DNA from: Lingula anatina
Lineage: Eukaryota; Animalia; Brachiopoda
Reading direction: 5' to 3'
NCBI GenBank assembly: GCA_051362555.1
Contig: CM120640.1
Location: 22,134,001 to 22,198,000 of the forward strand
DNA length: 64,000 bases
How positions within the stretch are numbered: the stretch's first letter is position 1; every line of letters starts with the position of its first letter. A program made the translations under genes and the position numbers. Below are positions 23,001 through 58,302 of this stretch, one piece after another. A model generated the notes under the pieces. That model was not told where the DNA came from. It did not search any database and was given only the letters and a program-made list of their open reading frames with translations.

Positions 23001-23216
23001 TGGCGGAAAATAAGCCCCACCTTTTATGATCTACAGAATTCAGATATATACTTAATTCAATTTAGCATAAGAGAAAATAATTGGCAGCTTAAAACCGCGA
23101 TATGATGCGTAGGAAGTGACTCCGTTATCCCATCACACCATTAATCTTTAACTTTAAGATCATAAAATAGAACAAAAAATTTATTATAATACTAAGTAAT
23201 CTTAGCTATCGATAAA
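23001..23216 (+). repeat. Split direct repeat B2 (216 bp), the 3' terminus of the element
   Basis: Identical to 22381-22596; separated from A2 by a 98-bp unique spacer. Confidence 0.95.
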
Positions 23217-25727
23217 ATAGGTCATATTTTATCACCAATTTACTTACCAGTTTTGCAGCCTTGCAATGACTAAGATTTGTTTTTTGAAAATCTTTTGTAA
23301 TAAAACTGACTTTCTCCTGAGTGAGTGCCAGCAGGGGTTATCTAGAAATTGATCATTCCTAAAAGAGATAAGGAGAAAAGTCAACCCAGAAATCATTACA
23401 GTGGACCTTTGCATTATGTGCTATGGCCAAATCAATTCTCTGAATAGATCCAAATTTCAGTTTTTGGGTGCATCTTATGGTGCTTAATGGGTCAATAAAT
23501 CATTGTTAAAACTTTCCAAATTCTGTGCATTATGTTTTGGCTATATCATGCCAATCAATGTGAGAAAGATTTCTTTTCAATTTTTTTTATGTGAGATAAA
23601 TTTCTTCAAAGAAACACAAGATCTCATGATTGATATGACTCAGAATTGACAAAGGTTGTCAGATATCTTATAGCTGATAATGTTGTAAGCATATATGTCC
23701 AATTAAGTTAATCAGGTTAAAGAAAAGAGAACACATTTTCTTGCACACAATTCCTTTATTAATCAGCATTAAAGTTATTCAATATCCATGTAAGCAGCAA
23801 TGATCTTCTTCCATCTTTCATTTCCCCTTGTTGTTACAAGTGTCACTTTCCCAACTGTAATTTCCATTTACGCCTGCTGCTGCAATCTCTCTGGCAGCAT
23901 CATTCTCCATTTCCGGACACACAGATAGAATTGATAGTGCCTCGTGCGTCATCTATTTTCATAAGGCAGCCTCCAGGAATTAATGACAAGATTCATTGAT
24001 GAATTTGACAAGATATCACTTGATTAGCTTATGAACCCAGTATTGTTTTAAGGGATCTGGAAGTAAGGGGAAGGGGGGGGGGCTGTATCCATATCTGTGC
24101 AAAACTATTGATTTCTGTGAGGACCCTCTTCCCATAGATTTGTGTAGAATTCTCAGTAACATTCTAAAGGGAGACCATGTGGCTGTTGCCAGTGTTTACT
24201 TATATAGCCGGAAGCACACTGTTCATGTACCAGGAGCAATATACAGGCAAGATAAGATTTTTAGTTACTGTGAAGATGTGATATAATTTTGACAAACCTT
24301 TAGATCATTATTTATCTAGGTGTAAATGAATGAGACATGACAATGAAAGGAATATACACTTGGAGCTCTGGTTGGTTGGTTGCTTGTTTGTTTGGCATTA
24401 CTGTAAGTTGGATTTCTACGTTTCAGTTGTGTTTCATTTGAAATATCCAGCTGAGAATACAGCAGTATTTTCATTTTACACTCTAATGGTTAAATTTCTG
24501 TCAGAAGACCTGTGCACTTTATTCAGTTTTGACCTGGCAGTGGATTAATGTGTATGCAGGTTTGTGGGGACATGCAGTATGATACAGAACGCTCCAATAA
24601 AAACCTCCTTACTGTTGAAAGGTGTCTATATTCCCGATACAGATAATTAACATGATATTGCAGTCAGTTCAGGTAGGAATTGCAAAAGGCACAGCATTAA
24701 ATGTCGCCAAACTGGTTTTTCCGTTTAGAGCCCTCCTACGCAAATTAGTTTGCTTCTTATTTAATTTTTTTTTTCATTTTTTTAAAGTTATAACGTGGTA
24801 AGTTTAGTATGTGTAACAGTATATTTGTGTGTTTGTGTTGTGTGTGCATGAGTGTGTGCGATTTATCTTTTAGTTGTCTGAGCATTTCTTTATATGCTAG
24901 GTCTAAGCAGTGGTGATGTTTTTCATGCTGTTAAGCATCCCTGTGATATAATATACCATTAACATGTCTGACATAAGTGTGGCGGGGTCCCTTGGGAGTA
25001 ATTAAGAAACTCTGAGGAGTTTATGTATGGTTTCACAAATGATATTTACAAGGTTAAAATATAGTGAGATCATTTCAACCATTCTTATAGATTTTGTTAT
25101 TACTTCCATTCTTCTTTGTAAAACTTCACCCTCAGGAACCTTGCCTAAAATGATATAAATCTCGTAATTTTGATGGGCATTAATAAAAAAATTGTCTGAA
25201 AGCAGGCACATCACAAAGGCAAATCTTATATGCCAGGAAACAACTTAAGAGTTTTTTTTTATAAGAAGACATTGATAATATATATTTATGAAATATTGAA
25301 CCAGTCATCGATCAATATTACTTGTTCTTAGTTGAAAGGAAAGTGACGTGGTAAGCTGTCATGTGTATTAAGTGAAAATGACAAGGTTAAAAGTTGCTGT
25401 AGGGAAGGTTTGTGGCAGCCTATAGCTAAGTGCTCTATATGTTTGTGCAGCATGAGTGTTCTATATAACACTATTCATATTAATGTTTTTCAGAATCATT
25501 TTATAAGAAATTAGAGAGCAACCCTATGGATATTATTATTATTCAACTATAAGCATACATATTTTTTTCTTACTTGAATTTATGTTCATTTTAGTTAGTA
25601 CCACCAGCTTGAGCACTGGCGATACTCATGTTTTAGTCCTGACTCGTCTCATCTGCTGTTGGCTTAGTTTTATATTCTTTTTACATATTTTATGGAAGAT
25701 AACGCTGGCTAATTTTTTTATGAATGT

Positions 25728-25734
25728 GCACACA

Positions 25735-25773
<39 letters not shown>

Positions 25774-25779
25774 ACACAC

Positions 25780-25821
<42 letters not shown>
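25728..25821. repeat. (CA)n(GA)n microsatellite
   Basis: Directly visible. Confidence 0.95.
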
Positions 25822-25824
<3 letters not shown>

Positions 25825-27411
25825 TGTGGCAGAGCTTACAAATGTGACTGATGTATGCAGAAAAGATTACAGTCTTTATTGGTTGTACAGACACAGAATG
25901 GTGAGTGGTATATTGAAAAGTCTGCTTATCTCAAGTACTTCCCTGCCTCAATAACTATTGCCTGAGTATAGATTGAAAATTTACCATTGCAGTTGACCCT
26001 TTGAATCCATATCGTACCCTAGTAGTCATATTTCTTTTGTGCACTGTTTTAAAATTTTGGGGCACATTTTTAAAGTGTATATGGAATATTCTTTCTTTAT
26101 GTGGACATAATTTTTGAATCTTACCAAAAATGGCTGTAAAATACCATTTTCCTACTAGTGTAAAAACAAGCAGGCTAGTCAAAGATTGATTTACAGTAGT
26201 GCCGTTCACTCCCATTTCCCTTTTTGTAGATAGGAATATGCAAATCATCAAAAAGCTGAAAACATGCTTGAAAATTAAGTAAGCTTTTCTGCCCGGTTTC
26301 CTTGAAAAAAGCCTACAAATGATATGATGAGAATGAAATTGATGCTTTTAGATCAGTAGCTCAGATAAGCCTACAGAACAATGATAATGTTTTCCAGGTT
26401 TTTGCAGGAAATTGAAGGTATTGGGTCATAAATAATTGCAAATGGAGATTGTATTAAGGGAGTATTGAGATTTTACCATCTGAGTGGGGACATGTGGCTA
26501 TTTTACTGGCATGATTGACAAAACCAGTGGATATATAGATATACTACCAGCATTTAAGATGCTTTTTATACTGCTTGTTATATTTAATTGTGCACTTAGT
26601 TCCTGTAATGTAGAGCATTCTGGATGTTAACTTGACCTGGTCTGGTGAAGCAGCTAGGATGGGAGATCTGTTTTAAACACATGTATTGCTGTGTCTTTAA
26701 AGAAGGAAATTACGTGATCATTGTACAGTGGATAGAGAAAAGCTTATAAAGCTTTCTTGAAAGTATCACTGCTTCTCAACTTGAAAACTCCAGAGGTTCA
26801 TAGATCAGACTGTTCCATAGTAAGAAAAATATATTTATAGAGAAATTGTTTGTTCTTATGGTCAGTAGCATTTTCTACTAGTGAAGAGGAACAGTTTCCA
26901 CCTGATTAGAAACAGAGTGTCAAAACAGAGTGCCTCTTTCAGTAACTTTTGAACCACTGAACCCTTAGACTTACGTGGGTGATTTTTCCACATATTTGGA
27001 TCAAGGACTCTTCTGTCCCTATGTGAACTGAAAACAAAGGACCATCCAACCAAGCTGTCAAGAATTGAGCTTTGTTTTTCTTTGAGGCAGTTGGATGATG
27101 TGAAGAAAAAGTTCAATGTATCATAATGAGAAATTATCCTATTTTAGAACACAAAGTCAGAGAGATGTTTTTGATGGACAAGAAATACTAATATCTCCTA
27201 CCTTTGTTGTGGACTTTATGAAAATGAACAAAATACCTGGAAAAAAGATGGGGGAAATGTACCTTTTTTTCTCTTTACAGTTTTTGATTTGCTTTTGCTT
27301 TAAAATTTTCATTTCTTAACCTGTGAGCTGTGTCAGCAACCTAAGCAATAGTCTGTATATGTTTTCCAGTTCCAGTCCAGTCCATGATGTGATGCCCCTA
27401 GAGATGAAAGC

Positions 27412-49725
<22,314 letters not shown>

Positions 49726-52601
49726 CATTTCATGACACTAGGTTGTGTACTGTTTGTTGTATTGACCCTTAGATCTAACTGAATGAAGTTTGCTTAATTT
49801 TCATGGAGAAGACCTCTATGAATTTTATTGTACTGTTTTATTCTATTTTCTCTTTTGATATTTTTTATATTTAAAAAGAAAATACTCAGCAAACAGGTTA
49901 GAATTGATACATTTATTTGGCAGGGTTGATATATATATACATGTACCTTGTCTGTAGGATGGAACAGGGTGAAGATTTTAAGACAGGTTTTTTTAGGAAT
50001 TGTCTGAGTATGGGATTCCTTTGGAGTGCTTTTAATTTTCAACTCCAAGATTTAATGTGTAGTTATGAGCATTATTCAAAGATTTCTTTGTACAAATGAA
50101 GTATATCACCAGGTTGTATTAGGTATTGTCTTTGCACACAGCTATATAAAGCAGCTGTTTAGTCATGCACACATGGACACATGATGTGGATACCTCATGG
50201 TTGTGGTTAATGCTGGTGGAATACATTTTACACTGACACATTCCGTTATAGGCTAGGGGCAGTCTGGCTTTTCAGGCTTCTTATATTTTATTTAGTATTT
50301 TATGTTTATTACACAACTAGAACAAACTAGGTGATAAAAAGGCAAATTGGTGTGAATTCTATAATTGTTTTGTGAAGTATTTTATTTTTATACTATTACC
50401 CTTCATTACATATAGAGTTAAAACATTCCTAGTCGTAGAGTCAATTGCTAAATGTTTGGACCAGGACAATCTAAATGTTTGAAATGACATCTTGTTTTAA
50501 TGCTTCTGCTGCTTCTTAAATGGTTTCTTTAATCCTTTTCCTTTTATATATCCAAATAATTTACATTGTTTGCTGTATGAAGTTTATCTGTAACACATTT
50601 CTCAAGCAATTTTTCAAATTGCATTTAATGGAGAATTTTATCTATGAATTAATATGATATGTATATATGTATTTACCACTTTTTGGTGGTGCAGAAGTTT
50701 TCTTGCATCAGATTAATAATTTCATTGTATATTAATATACATATAGTTATTGTCCTTAATTCCTTAGTGTTAATATATTATTATTAAGCGCAGAACTTAT
50801 ATTATTCCTGCAGGCACAGGTTAAAACTTTCCACAGGAGTTTGGTGAAACAAATATACAGTATTCTAGATATATATACAGTAATACGTGTGCAGTTTCTC
50901 AGTTGTTGCCTTCAGGAAAAAAGTCCCAAGAAATAAGTGATCCCTTGCTTTATGCCTTCAAACGAAAATTTAAATTTAGACATAACTTAAAACTCTGGAA
51001 TGTGCCTGTGAAATTTTTGACATGAAAGATGCTTGCCTGATATGTATCCAGTTAAGCTTAGTTGACCTTGACCTCAATTGCTGTGTCATGGAGTGGGTTG
51101 GCATATGGTAATTAGACTTGCCAAGATAGGTGGCACTGAGATGGATCAACCCATCTTTACTAGAAACACGAAATTAGACAAAGGTATTGGCAAGGGGTAC
51201 TGCTGTCGCAATGGTATTGATACTCTTTGATACATAGTCTGTAGCTTTTTACTACTCTTATTGGCACACACTTTAATCAAGCATGTCCATGTTAAAGCAA
51301 TATCAAGCATTTGATATACAGCCATATATACATACAGTCACTTTGGCGGTGTTTCACATAGGTTCAGTTTATATTATACCATTTTTAATGCATCCTTGAG
51401 ATTAGGTTATTTTGAAAAGGTTTCCAAAGGTATAGGGGGATTTTTTTAAATCAGGCATCATAATTTGTAACCATGATATGTCTTAAATATGTCATTTAAA
51501 TATTTTATTATTAAAAAGTGTAAAATAGAGGTTTATCATTGCCGTAGGTGGTAATGCATTACTGATAAGACCAAATTTAGGGAGAAAAATTGGAAATGCT
51601 GATGGCTGCAGTGTTTCCAGGTGAAATTGACATTGTAAAGAAAAACGAGTATTTAAATTATGATGGATATTTTGCCCCAGCAGTTCATCCATATGCCTTT
51701 GAGGTCTTTTTCAAACAGCTTACAATATAATTATTAAAGTCAGAGGTGGAAGATATTCTCTTTAAGATAATTAAGGAATTGCTAAATTCTATGTAAAGTT
51801 GAACTGAAATATTGAGTTTTTTTTTATGCTCCTGTCCATGATTAATCCGTTGATGGGAATGAGCAGGTTATATCATACAATGATAAGTTATCCTAATCAT
51901 TTAATTCTTCACCTGGCTTGAAGTGGTGTAATAGGTTACATTATCAGGAATGTAGTTCAGTGTAGATGTAGGTAAATTATGTTCCAGCAACTTTTGGAAA
52001 TAATCAACATTTACTGATTAGTTCTTTGCTGAAATATTATAAGTTATAGTTTTCTGGAAAAGTACTATTGTGACGTTAAGTATAGATCTGTGGTTGTCTT
52101 TAGTCTCTCTTCAATTTGACTGTGATCTTTATAGGATTGGATTATTTTATCAGAATTTACAGAAATTCTTTCCTTTTTGAAAATTGTACAAAGCTTAGGA
52201 AAATAGATCAAATGAAATTCCATCTGTCTTGTTGTTTGAAAATTTGAGCTTAATAACAATGATCCAAGCCCGTGTATGAAAGGGAAAAGTGTTTTTAATC
52301 TTTCTGGAAATTGAAAATATCCTTACTGCTTAATTGTACAGGTTTCACAATATAAAGATCTAAATTCTAAAAGCTAATTACCTCTGCTGATTATCAAAAA
52401 GAGATAATAATTGTTTTTATGGCTTAATTTCATGTTAATATGTTAGAATATAACACAACTCCAAAACTTGCATACTACAGCAAAGACAAATGAAAAATCC
52501 ACTGAAAATAATATGCTTTTCACTATCTTGTGAAGTATCGGTCATTTTTAAATTTTTGAACAGTAATCCCAAAAAAATTGATTGATTTCAAAATTGTACA
52601 A

Positions 52602-54195
52602 TTACAATCTGGCATAGAAGTAAAGGGGTTGGTCCAAACCTTCACTCAGGGTATAATAACCATTTCCACTGGGACTCCAGCAGATAGCTTCTCCCTGCGG
52701 TTCGCGGGTGTACGGCAACGACTGGGGCGTTTGCCTCATCGTGTTCTCGTAGGTGTCGCCATCTTGCTTGCGCCAGTAATACACGGCCTCTCTGGTTTTC
52801 ACCAAAATCTCACTCCCGTCTGGTGAGATATCCCCGCCCAAAGGCCCATTCTTGACAGAGGTGATTGGAAGCGTGACGCCGTTGGACAAACGGACAGGGT
52901 TCGGGCTTCCCCAGCCGATCTTTGGGACGTTGTAAACTTTGGGGCGCTGTCCGGCGTCTACTTTAGTGACAAGGTACATTTCTCCCTGAGGATCTGTCAA
53001 CAGTGACTCGGACTCGTCTTCGTTCCATCTGTATAAAGATATCAAAATCTATATACTCCGAGTTTTATTTATATGGGTTTTGCATGTAAAGGAAAACAAT
53101 TTCCTCCTTTTCATTCATTCACAAGTTTTGTCACATTCAGTCACAAATACAAAATAAATAAATAAATAAACAAATAAATAATAATAATAATAATATAAAA
53201 ATAAATAAAATAAAATAAAATAATACGAAAGCGATTAGCCTAAAAAATAATGAGAGAGATTGTGCAGGGTCTGCGTATTCTATTTACTGTATTCAATGAC
53301 AGACAAGTACTTGTTTTGCTTGGGTCTGAAAACTGAAATCTGAACTTACGAATATTTCAAAGAAGCGTCAACGTTGAGTGTTTCTGTCCTGATCACATCG
53401 GGTTCCTTAATGCGGTAAATTGTGTTGGTTCCTTGGTCTCCAATGTCGCCAATAAGAAGACACCATCCGTTGTCAGGGCAGGGAACCATGGCCAAATCCT
53501 CCCAGTCCTCATTCTGTACTCCCCGGATTGTCCAAGTGGCCAGACGTTTCCCGGTAGTGGCATTGAGGACGATTACGTCTGGTTTCCCGCCATGGTCATT
53601 GTGTGTGTACAAGACGTTAGGGTGTCGTCTGCTGGCCGCAAGACCAGACGCCTCGTCGACTTGACTGCTGGTAACTATCCCTACCTCTCGTCTGGGTGCG
53701 AACAGTGAGTCTGCTGTTACAACTGGTGTAGAAAAACAGAAACTTGAAGGTTTTTTTTTTCAGTGAAAAAGTCGGTTTACTGAGATGCGATGTCCTTCGT
53801 TGCAATAAGTTGGATGGAAATGGCAACTGATAAAATTTTGTCTTTTACAACGGGGTTGGACGAAGTATCCTGACGTATTATATTTTTTACATATGTAAAG
53901 ACAAGAAGAACTGTCAAAGTAAAATGCGTAGCTACGTTGTACATATCTGGCACGTCTTGTCTTTTCATAAGAAAAAAAAATGTCAGTTTCACCTACCACT
54001 CAGGGTACTTCGTTCACCAGACGTTTCCCTTGTTTCAGGTTTGTATCCACACACGTACACTTAAGTTTAATCAAGAGGGTCTTTCGAAATCATAACAACA
54101 GAAATGCAAATCCACCCATGTGTACCTTTTCCAGCTGCTGCTGCTGAAATGCATACAGCAGATAGACAGACAAACAAACCCCACTGCACCATCAT
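52602..54195 (-). CDS. Secreted uncharacterised beta-propeller-like protein (~285 aa) with bacterial-like motifs
   Basis: Three phase-compatible exons: 54195-54126 (signal peptide MMVQWGLFVCLSAVCISAAAAG), 53710-53350 (DEASGLAAS, YTHNDHG, DWEDLA, IGDIGD) and 53028-52602 (ESESLL, VTK, GGDISPDG, QGEAICW, SEG). Confidence 0.85.
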
Positions 54196-55752
54196 CACGA
54201 CCTCAACCGAAAGCATTCCCGACAATAATGACCAATTACAACCAGGCAGGTGGTTTAATAATCTTGGGACTGAGGCTCACAGAAGGGTTCTCCTGAAGTT
54301 CCAGATGTTTTTAAAAAACATGGTAACTGTTAACATAAATTTTGTCTGCCTTGATATCACAACGAGATAGAAAAATGAAGAATGAAACAAAAGACACAGG
54401 CGCATGCTCCGCTAGTATTTCTTGACATAAAAACTCACTCTTTTTCCAGATGGAGAACAAAAGAATATTCTACAATTCATGAACTCAGGCGATATATTGA
54501 TTTTCCAACAAGATTTGACAGATATACGTTGTGACCTGGTGAAAGGCTGCGTTAAGTTCACATTGTATTGTACTCCCGTCTTAAAAGACGGACATATCAA
54601 CCTCTTGAAATGTTACTTTTTCCCTTGAGGTGTCTATATTGCATAATGATGAATTAAATGGATTTTATTAATTGCACCTTCTATCCCTAGGCCACGTTGC
54701 TAAACCTGCTTTTAACTCTGTCCTCGGGAAATGGTGGGTGGGCCCACACCTGTCAGACATGGTCAGAAGCCCCTTTCTTCACCTGGAACACGTCTAGCTT
54801 AAAACATGCCCCACGTTATGAACCAGAAGAATATTGACCTTTGGAAGAAAAAAATGAACCCACTGTCTTGTGCTTTTTGCCTATGAACAAATCGGATCCT
54901 AAAGTACCCTGCCTGAAAGCGATTTGAACTTCGATATTCAAATCGAACTATAATTTAGTCTTACGCGTGTGCATGTACCTAAATATTTGATTCAGTTAAG
55001 AATAACATCAGTATTTTGTCCGAAATCTCCCTGTGTTCAGTTTTTAAAATTAAAAAAATATGTTGATCCAGTGTGTCCCGAAGAAATGGTCTGAAAAAAA
55101 TATCCCCGCCCTTTTTTAAAATAAAATATTTACTGTATGAGAAACCAACAGTAATTCAGGACTTCAGTAACTTGACCAGACAAGTTTAAAAATGCACTTT
55201 TAGTCTAAAAAAGTGATTTGTTTGTAAATGGAATGTTGTCTGTAAGCAATGGAAAGTAATTGCTAGGAAACAATATGTACGTAAGTGCATGGAAACAATT
55301 TGATTTCTTTCTCAAATTTTACAAAAATTTGGCCATAAACTCCTTTAAGATATACTTTTTGACATGAATCACAAGTGTATGCACGTGAAAGATGCATGGA
55401 TATTCAAGTTTTCTCGCCACGGAGATGAACTTTATCTATTTGAGGACACGCGTCTTTTAAGAAGTTTTATCGCCGCAGGTGTGCTGCGTCCCTGTACGAT
55501 TTAACGCTTCCTTCTTTTCGAAGCAATTATCATGTAATGTTTTTAAAAACTCGCCGTCTCTGTTTTTTTTTCTGTTATAACACGCTAAGATTTGCTGGTC
55601 AGTGGGAAACTGTTTGCACTTACTGGGAAGCAACTCTTATGAAGGTCGAACAGGAATAAATGCTTTAGGGATTTGATTTCCTTCTCAACTTCCACGGCCT
55701 TTTCAGCATATTAGAAATCCTGCAACTGTACAGCAGAATTCAGGTGGAAATC

Positions 55753-55755
<3 letters not shown>

Positions 55756-55822
<67 letters not shown>
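55756..55822. repeat. (TA)n microsatellite
   Basis: Directly visible. Confidence 0.95.
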
Positions 55823-55825
<3 letters not shown>

Positions 55826-56275
55826 TGTGATGCATCTTTTAACATCACCTCTCATAATAAGAACCCTACTATTTTATATTTTATATAAATTGCGATTCCG
55901 AAATTCTTTGAATTAGAGTTAACATTGTCCCGTTATTGTATCTCCGATTGAAATTTTCTCTACACTGTTGGACAAAATAGACAAAATGTGTGTCGATTTC
56001 GTTATAAATGTTTTTTTCTTAGTGCACAGCTGTATCATTGCAGATACGAAATATTCAGCACTAGACATGCAAAAAGAAACAACAAATACAGTATTGCACA
56101 CTTTTTGTCAAATTTAAAGGACATTACAATGTGGCCCCTGCAAATTAGTAAATTTGAATACAATTCTAATAAACAAACAGAAAAGTTACAATTCTACATG
56201 AAAGGTTACAATCAATCTCAAATTTCACACGCATTCGTCCAATATCAAGATTGATATATTGGTTGGTCTGGAGAT

Positions 56276-56277
<2 letters not shown>

Positions 56278-56320
<43 letters not shown>

Positions 56321-56336
56321 ACACACTTACACACAC
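56278..56336. repeat. Poly(C) followed by (CA)n
   Basis: Directly visible. Confidence 0.9.
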
Positions 56337-56439
56337 GTGCAGGTCTGCTGTCTAAGGCCACCAATCTTTGCTGGGTGGTTCTGTTCCACTCTTAGGTCAA
56401 AGCTTGCTTAAAAAGGGCTAAATGTGGGTTTTTCTCCTA

Positions 56440-56810
56440 CACTTACTTCTCCCCCAAATTCGTCCGAGATGTTCAGTAGGGTCCATACATATCACACCGG
56501 TATCAGGGCTTTTGGCGTATTGCTCCTTTTGCAGAATGGTGTTTTGATAAAAGAAACTCACTATGCAGGCAGTATGAGGGGTAACATTCATAAGCATTGT
56601 AATGATTCAGACAAAAGTTTGCACGTGCAAATGGGATCAAATGATCTTGTAAGATGTCCCTGTGGGCCACGGTGTTGGCGTTTTCATCCAGAAAAAAACA
56701 ACTGGCAAACACCAATGAAACAGAAAACATCCCATGATGTGAACAGAGCACCCCCAGGCCTGGATTCCTTGAATGCATGTATTTTGTAATACAACAACTG
56801 TTCTCCATTA
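56440..56810 (-). pseudogene. Degraded Tc1-family transposase fragment
   Basis: Frameshifted minus-strand remnants AWG..., HRDILQDHLIPFA, PHTA, AKSPD...PTEHL.DEFG match the Tc1 DDE-domain blocks VWG / YRDEILQPHVLPF / PHTA / SPDLNPIEHLWDELG. Confidence 0.55.
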
Positions 56811-57132
56811 AGATGACGCACTTTCAGGTGGCCATATAGTATCTCGGTCGTTGTCAACATGTGAAGCTACATATGTATGTTGTCGGCCGTGTTTTTCCGA
56901 CTAATTCAGAAATTTTCTAAAGTATTTTCCGGTTACTGTCCGATTAAAGAAGTTCTGAGCAGGACCGTGGGAGTAGTGATCGAGACTAGCTTTGATACTA
57001 AATTTACGTTACTGAGCAGCTAGTTCTAATCAAGTTCTAATTACTTCTGGTGGATGTTGTGCATGATTTTGCTTAATAATATTAAGTGTTTCTTCTAGTT
57101 CGTGATTATTTGAAGATTATTTGAGTGAAATT

Positions 57133-57449
57133 TATATTTCACAATAAATACATTGTAAACAACTCATAGCATATAATGAATCCTATTTCACCACCAAAAC
57201 GGCAGTTATTGCAATTATTCTGAATATGTGCTTGTCACTGGACCGCGTGACCTCCATAGATAGCTACCCTTAGTAGTAATCCCTTGAGAGATTATTACGA
57301 AAATAAATAAATAAATAAATAAAAATACAAACTTTTTAGAAAAAAAAACATGAACTTAATTACTTTGAATGTCGGAACAGATTCATTAACCATTGGTAAG
57401 TATGGGAAATTTGTCATTTACCCCATGAAAATCCATTTTTGGACAAAAT
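57133..57449 (-). mobile_element. Second, inverted and TIR-less copy of the TTAA element at 41665-42001
   Basis: ATTCATTAACCATTGGTAAGTATGGGAAA and CGTGACCTCCAT are reverse complements of blocks in the first copy, and the similarity is collinear throughout. Confidence 0.8.
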
Positions 57450-58104
57450 GGCCAATTATCCTCCCTTTTCCTTCTTCCAGTCACAGACACGTTACAACAA
57501 TTTCTTTAAATCTACCGGGGTAAATATGGTCAATCCATTCACACAATGGGTACATATTAGCAAAATAATATGTTCTATCCCCTTGGCCTCCTCTTGCGTC
57601 AGGCCAAATGACAAGCCGCCCTGAAGCCAGCGGACGTGAGTAGAGCCGTTGGCCCGACGTTGGCGTGCCTACTGTTAGCTACCCGTTACATGTAGCTCCC
57701 CGGATTCGTTTATTTTTAAAGTTAAAGTCCTGCCTGGAAGTCTTACGGGTTGTTGACAGAAGCAAAGGTATGTATTTTGCTTTATAATATTAACAGAAAA
57801 ATGTGAATCAAATTTTCTGATAAAATGTGCATTGTTCATGACTAAACCAATTCGGTATTGTATTGGATACGCACACGATGACCGTGGGTAGGGCCTTTGC
57901 CAAGCAAAGCGCGTGTGCTTGTTTTGTCGTAGGTAGGTACGTGTTTTAACGACAAGGCTCCCCCTTCAGATGCCCTGGATATGTGTCTTTTTTCACATCA
58001 TTTTATGATTATAAAATGTTTTGATACCTTGAAATTATTAATAGCGACAAATATTGTAGAAGAGTAAGGAAGAACAACGACTTGGATGGTTCACGACACA
58101 CTTA

Positions 58105-58145
58105 TTTCATGGTACTTCCGGTTATCACCAAACATCCGGTTTGTA
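58105..58145 (+). promoter_or_regulatory. Probable WDTC1 promoter with ETS-type motifs
   Basis: ACTTCCGGT and ACATCCGGT about 170-190 bp upstream of the ATG, in a CpG-richer zone. Confidence 0.4.
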
Positions 58146-58302
58146 TCGGGATCAGCTGCGATATGTGATGTCGCAGTTCTCCAGGGATTTCCATTTGTTC
58201 TACCCCAGTGTACAGCTGTAGTCTCATGTAGTCAAAGACCTGGAATCTCAGACATATACTGAGTGGGGGAAATAACCAGGAAAAGCCAGCCTTCGTAGAA
58301 AA

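Larger units (their letters stand above)
15145..23216 (+). mobile_element. Full-length Ngaro-type (DIRS order) tyrosine-recombinase retrotransposon
   Basis: Split direct repeats in the order A1-ORFs-B1-A2-B2. Contains gag, RT/RNase H and YR ORFs plus an SGNH hydrolase. No methyltransferase domain and no TSD. Repeat copies are identical by eye. Confidence 0.95.

Noticed and set aside
52602-54195. Bacterial contamination or chimeric assembly
   Set aside because: The gene has canonical, phase-compatible GT-AG introns with host-like AT-rich repeats.
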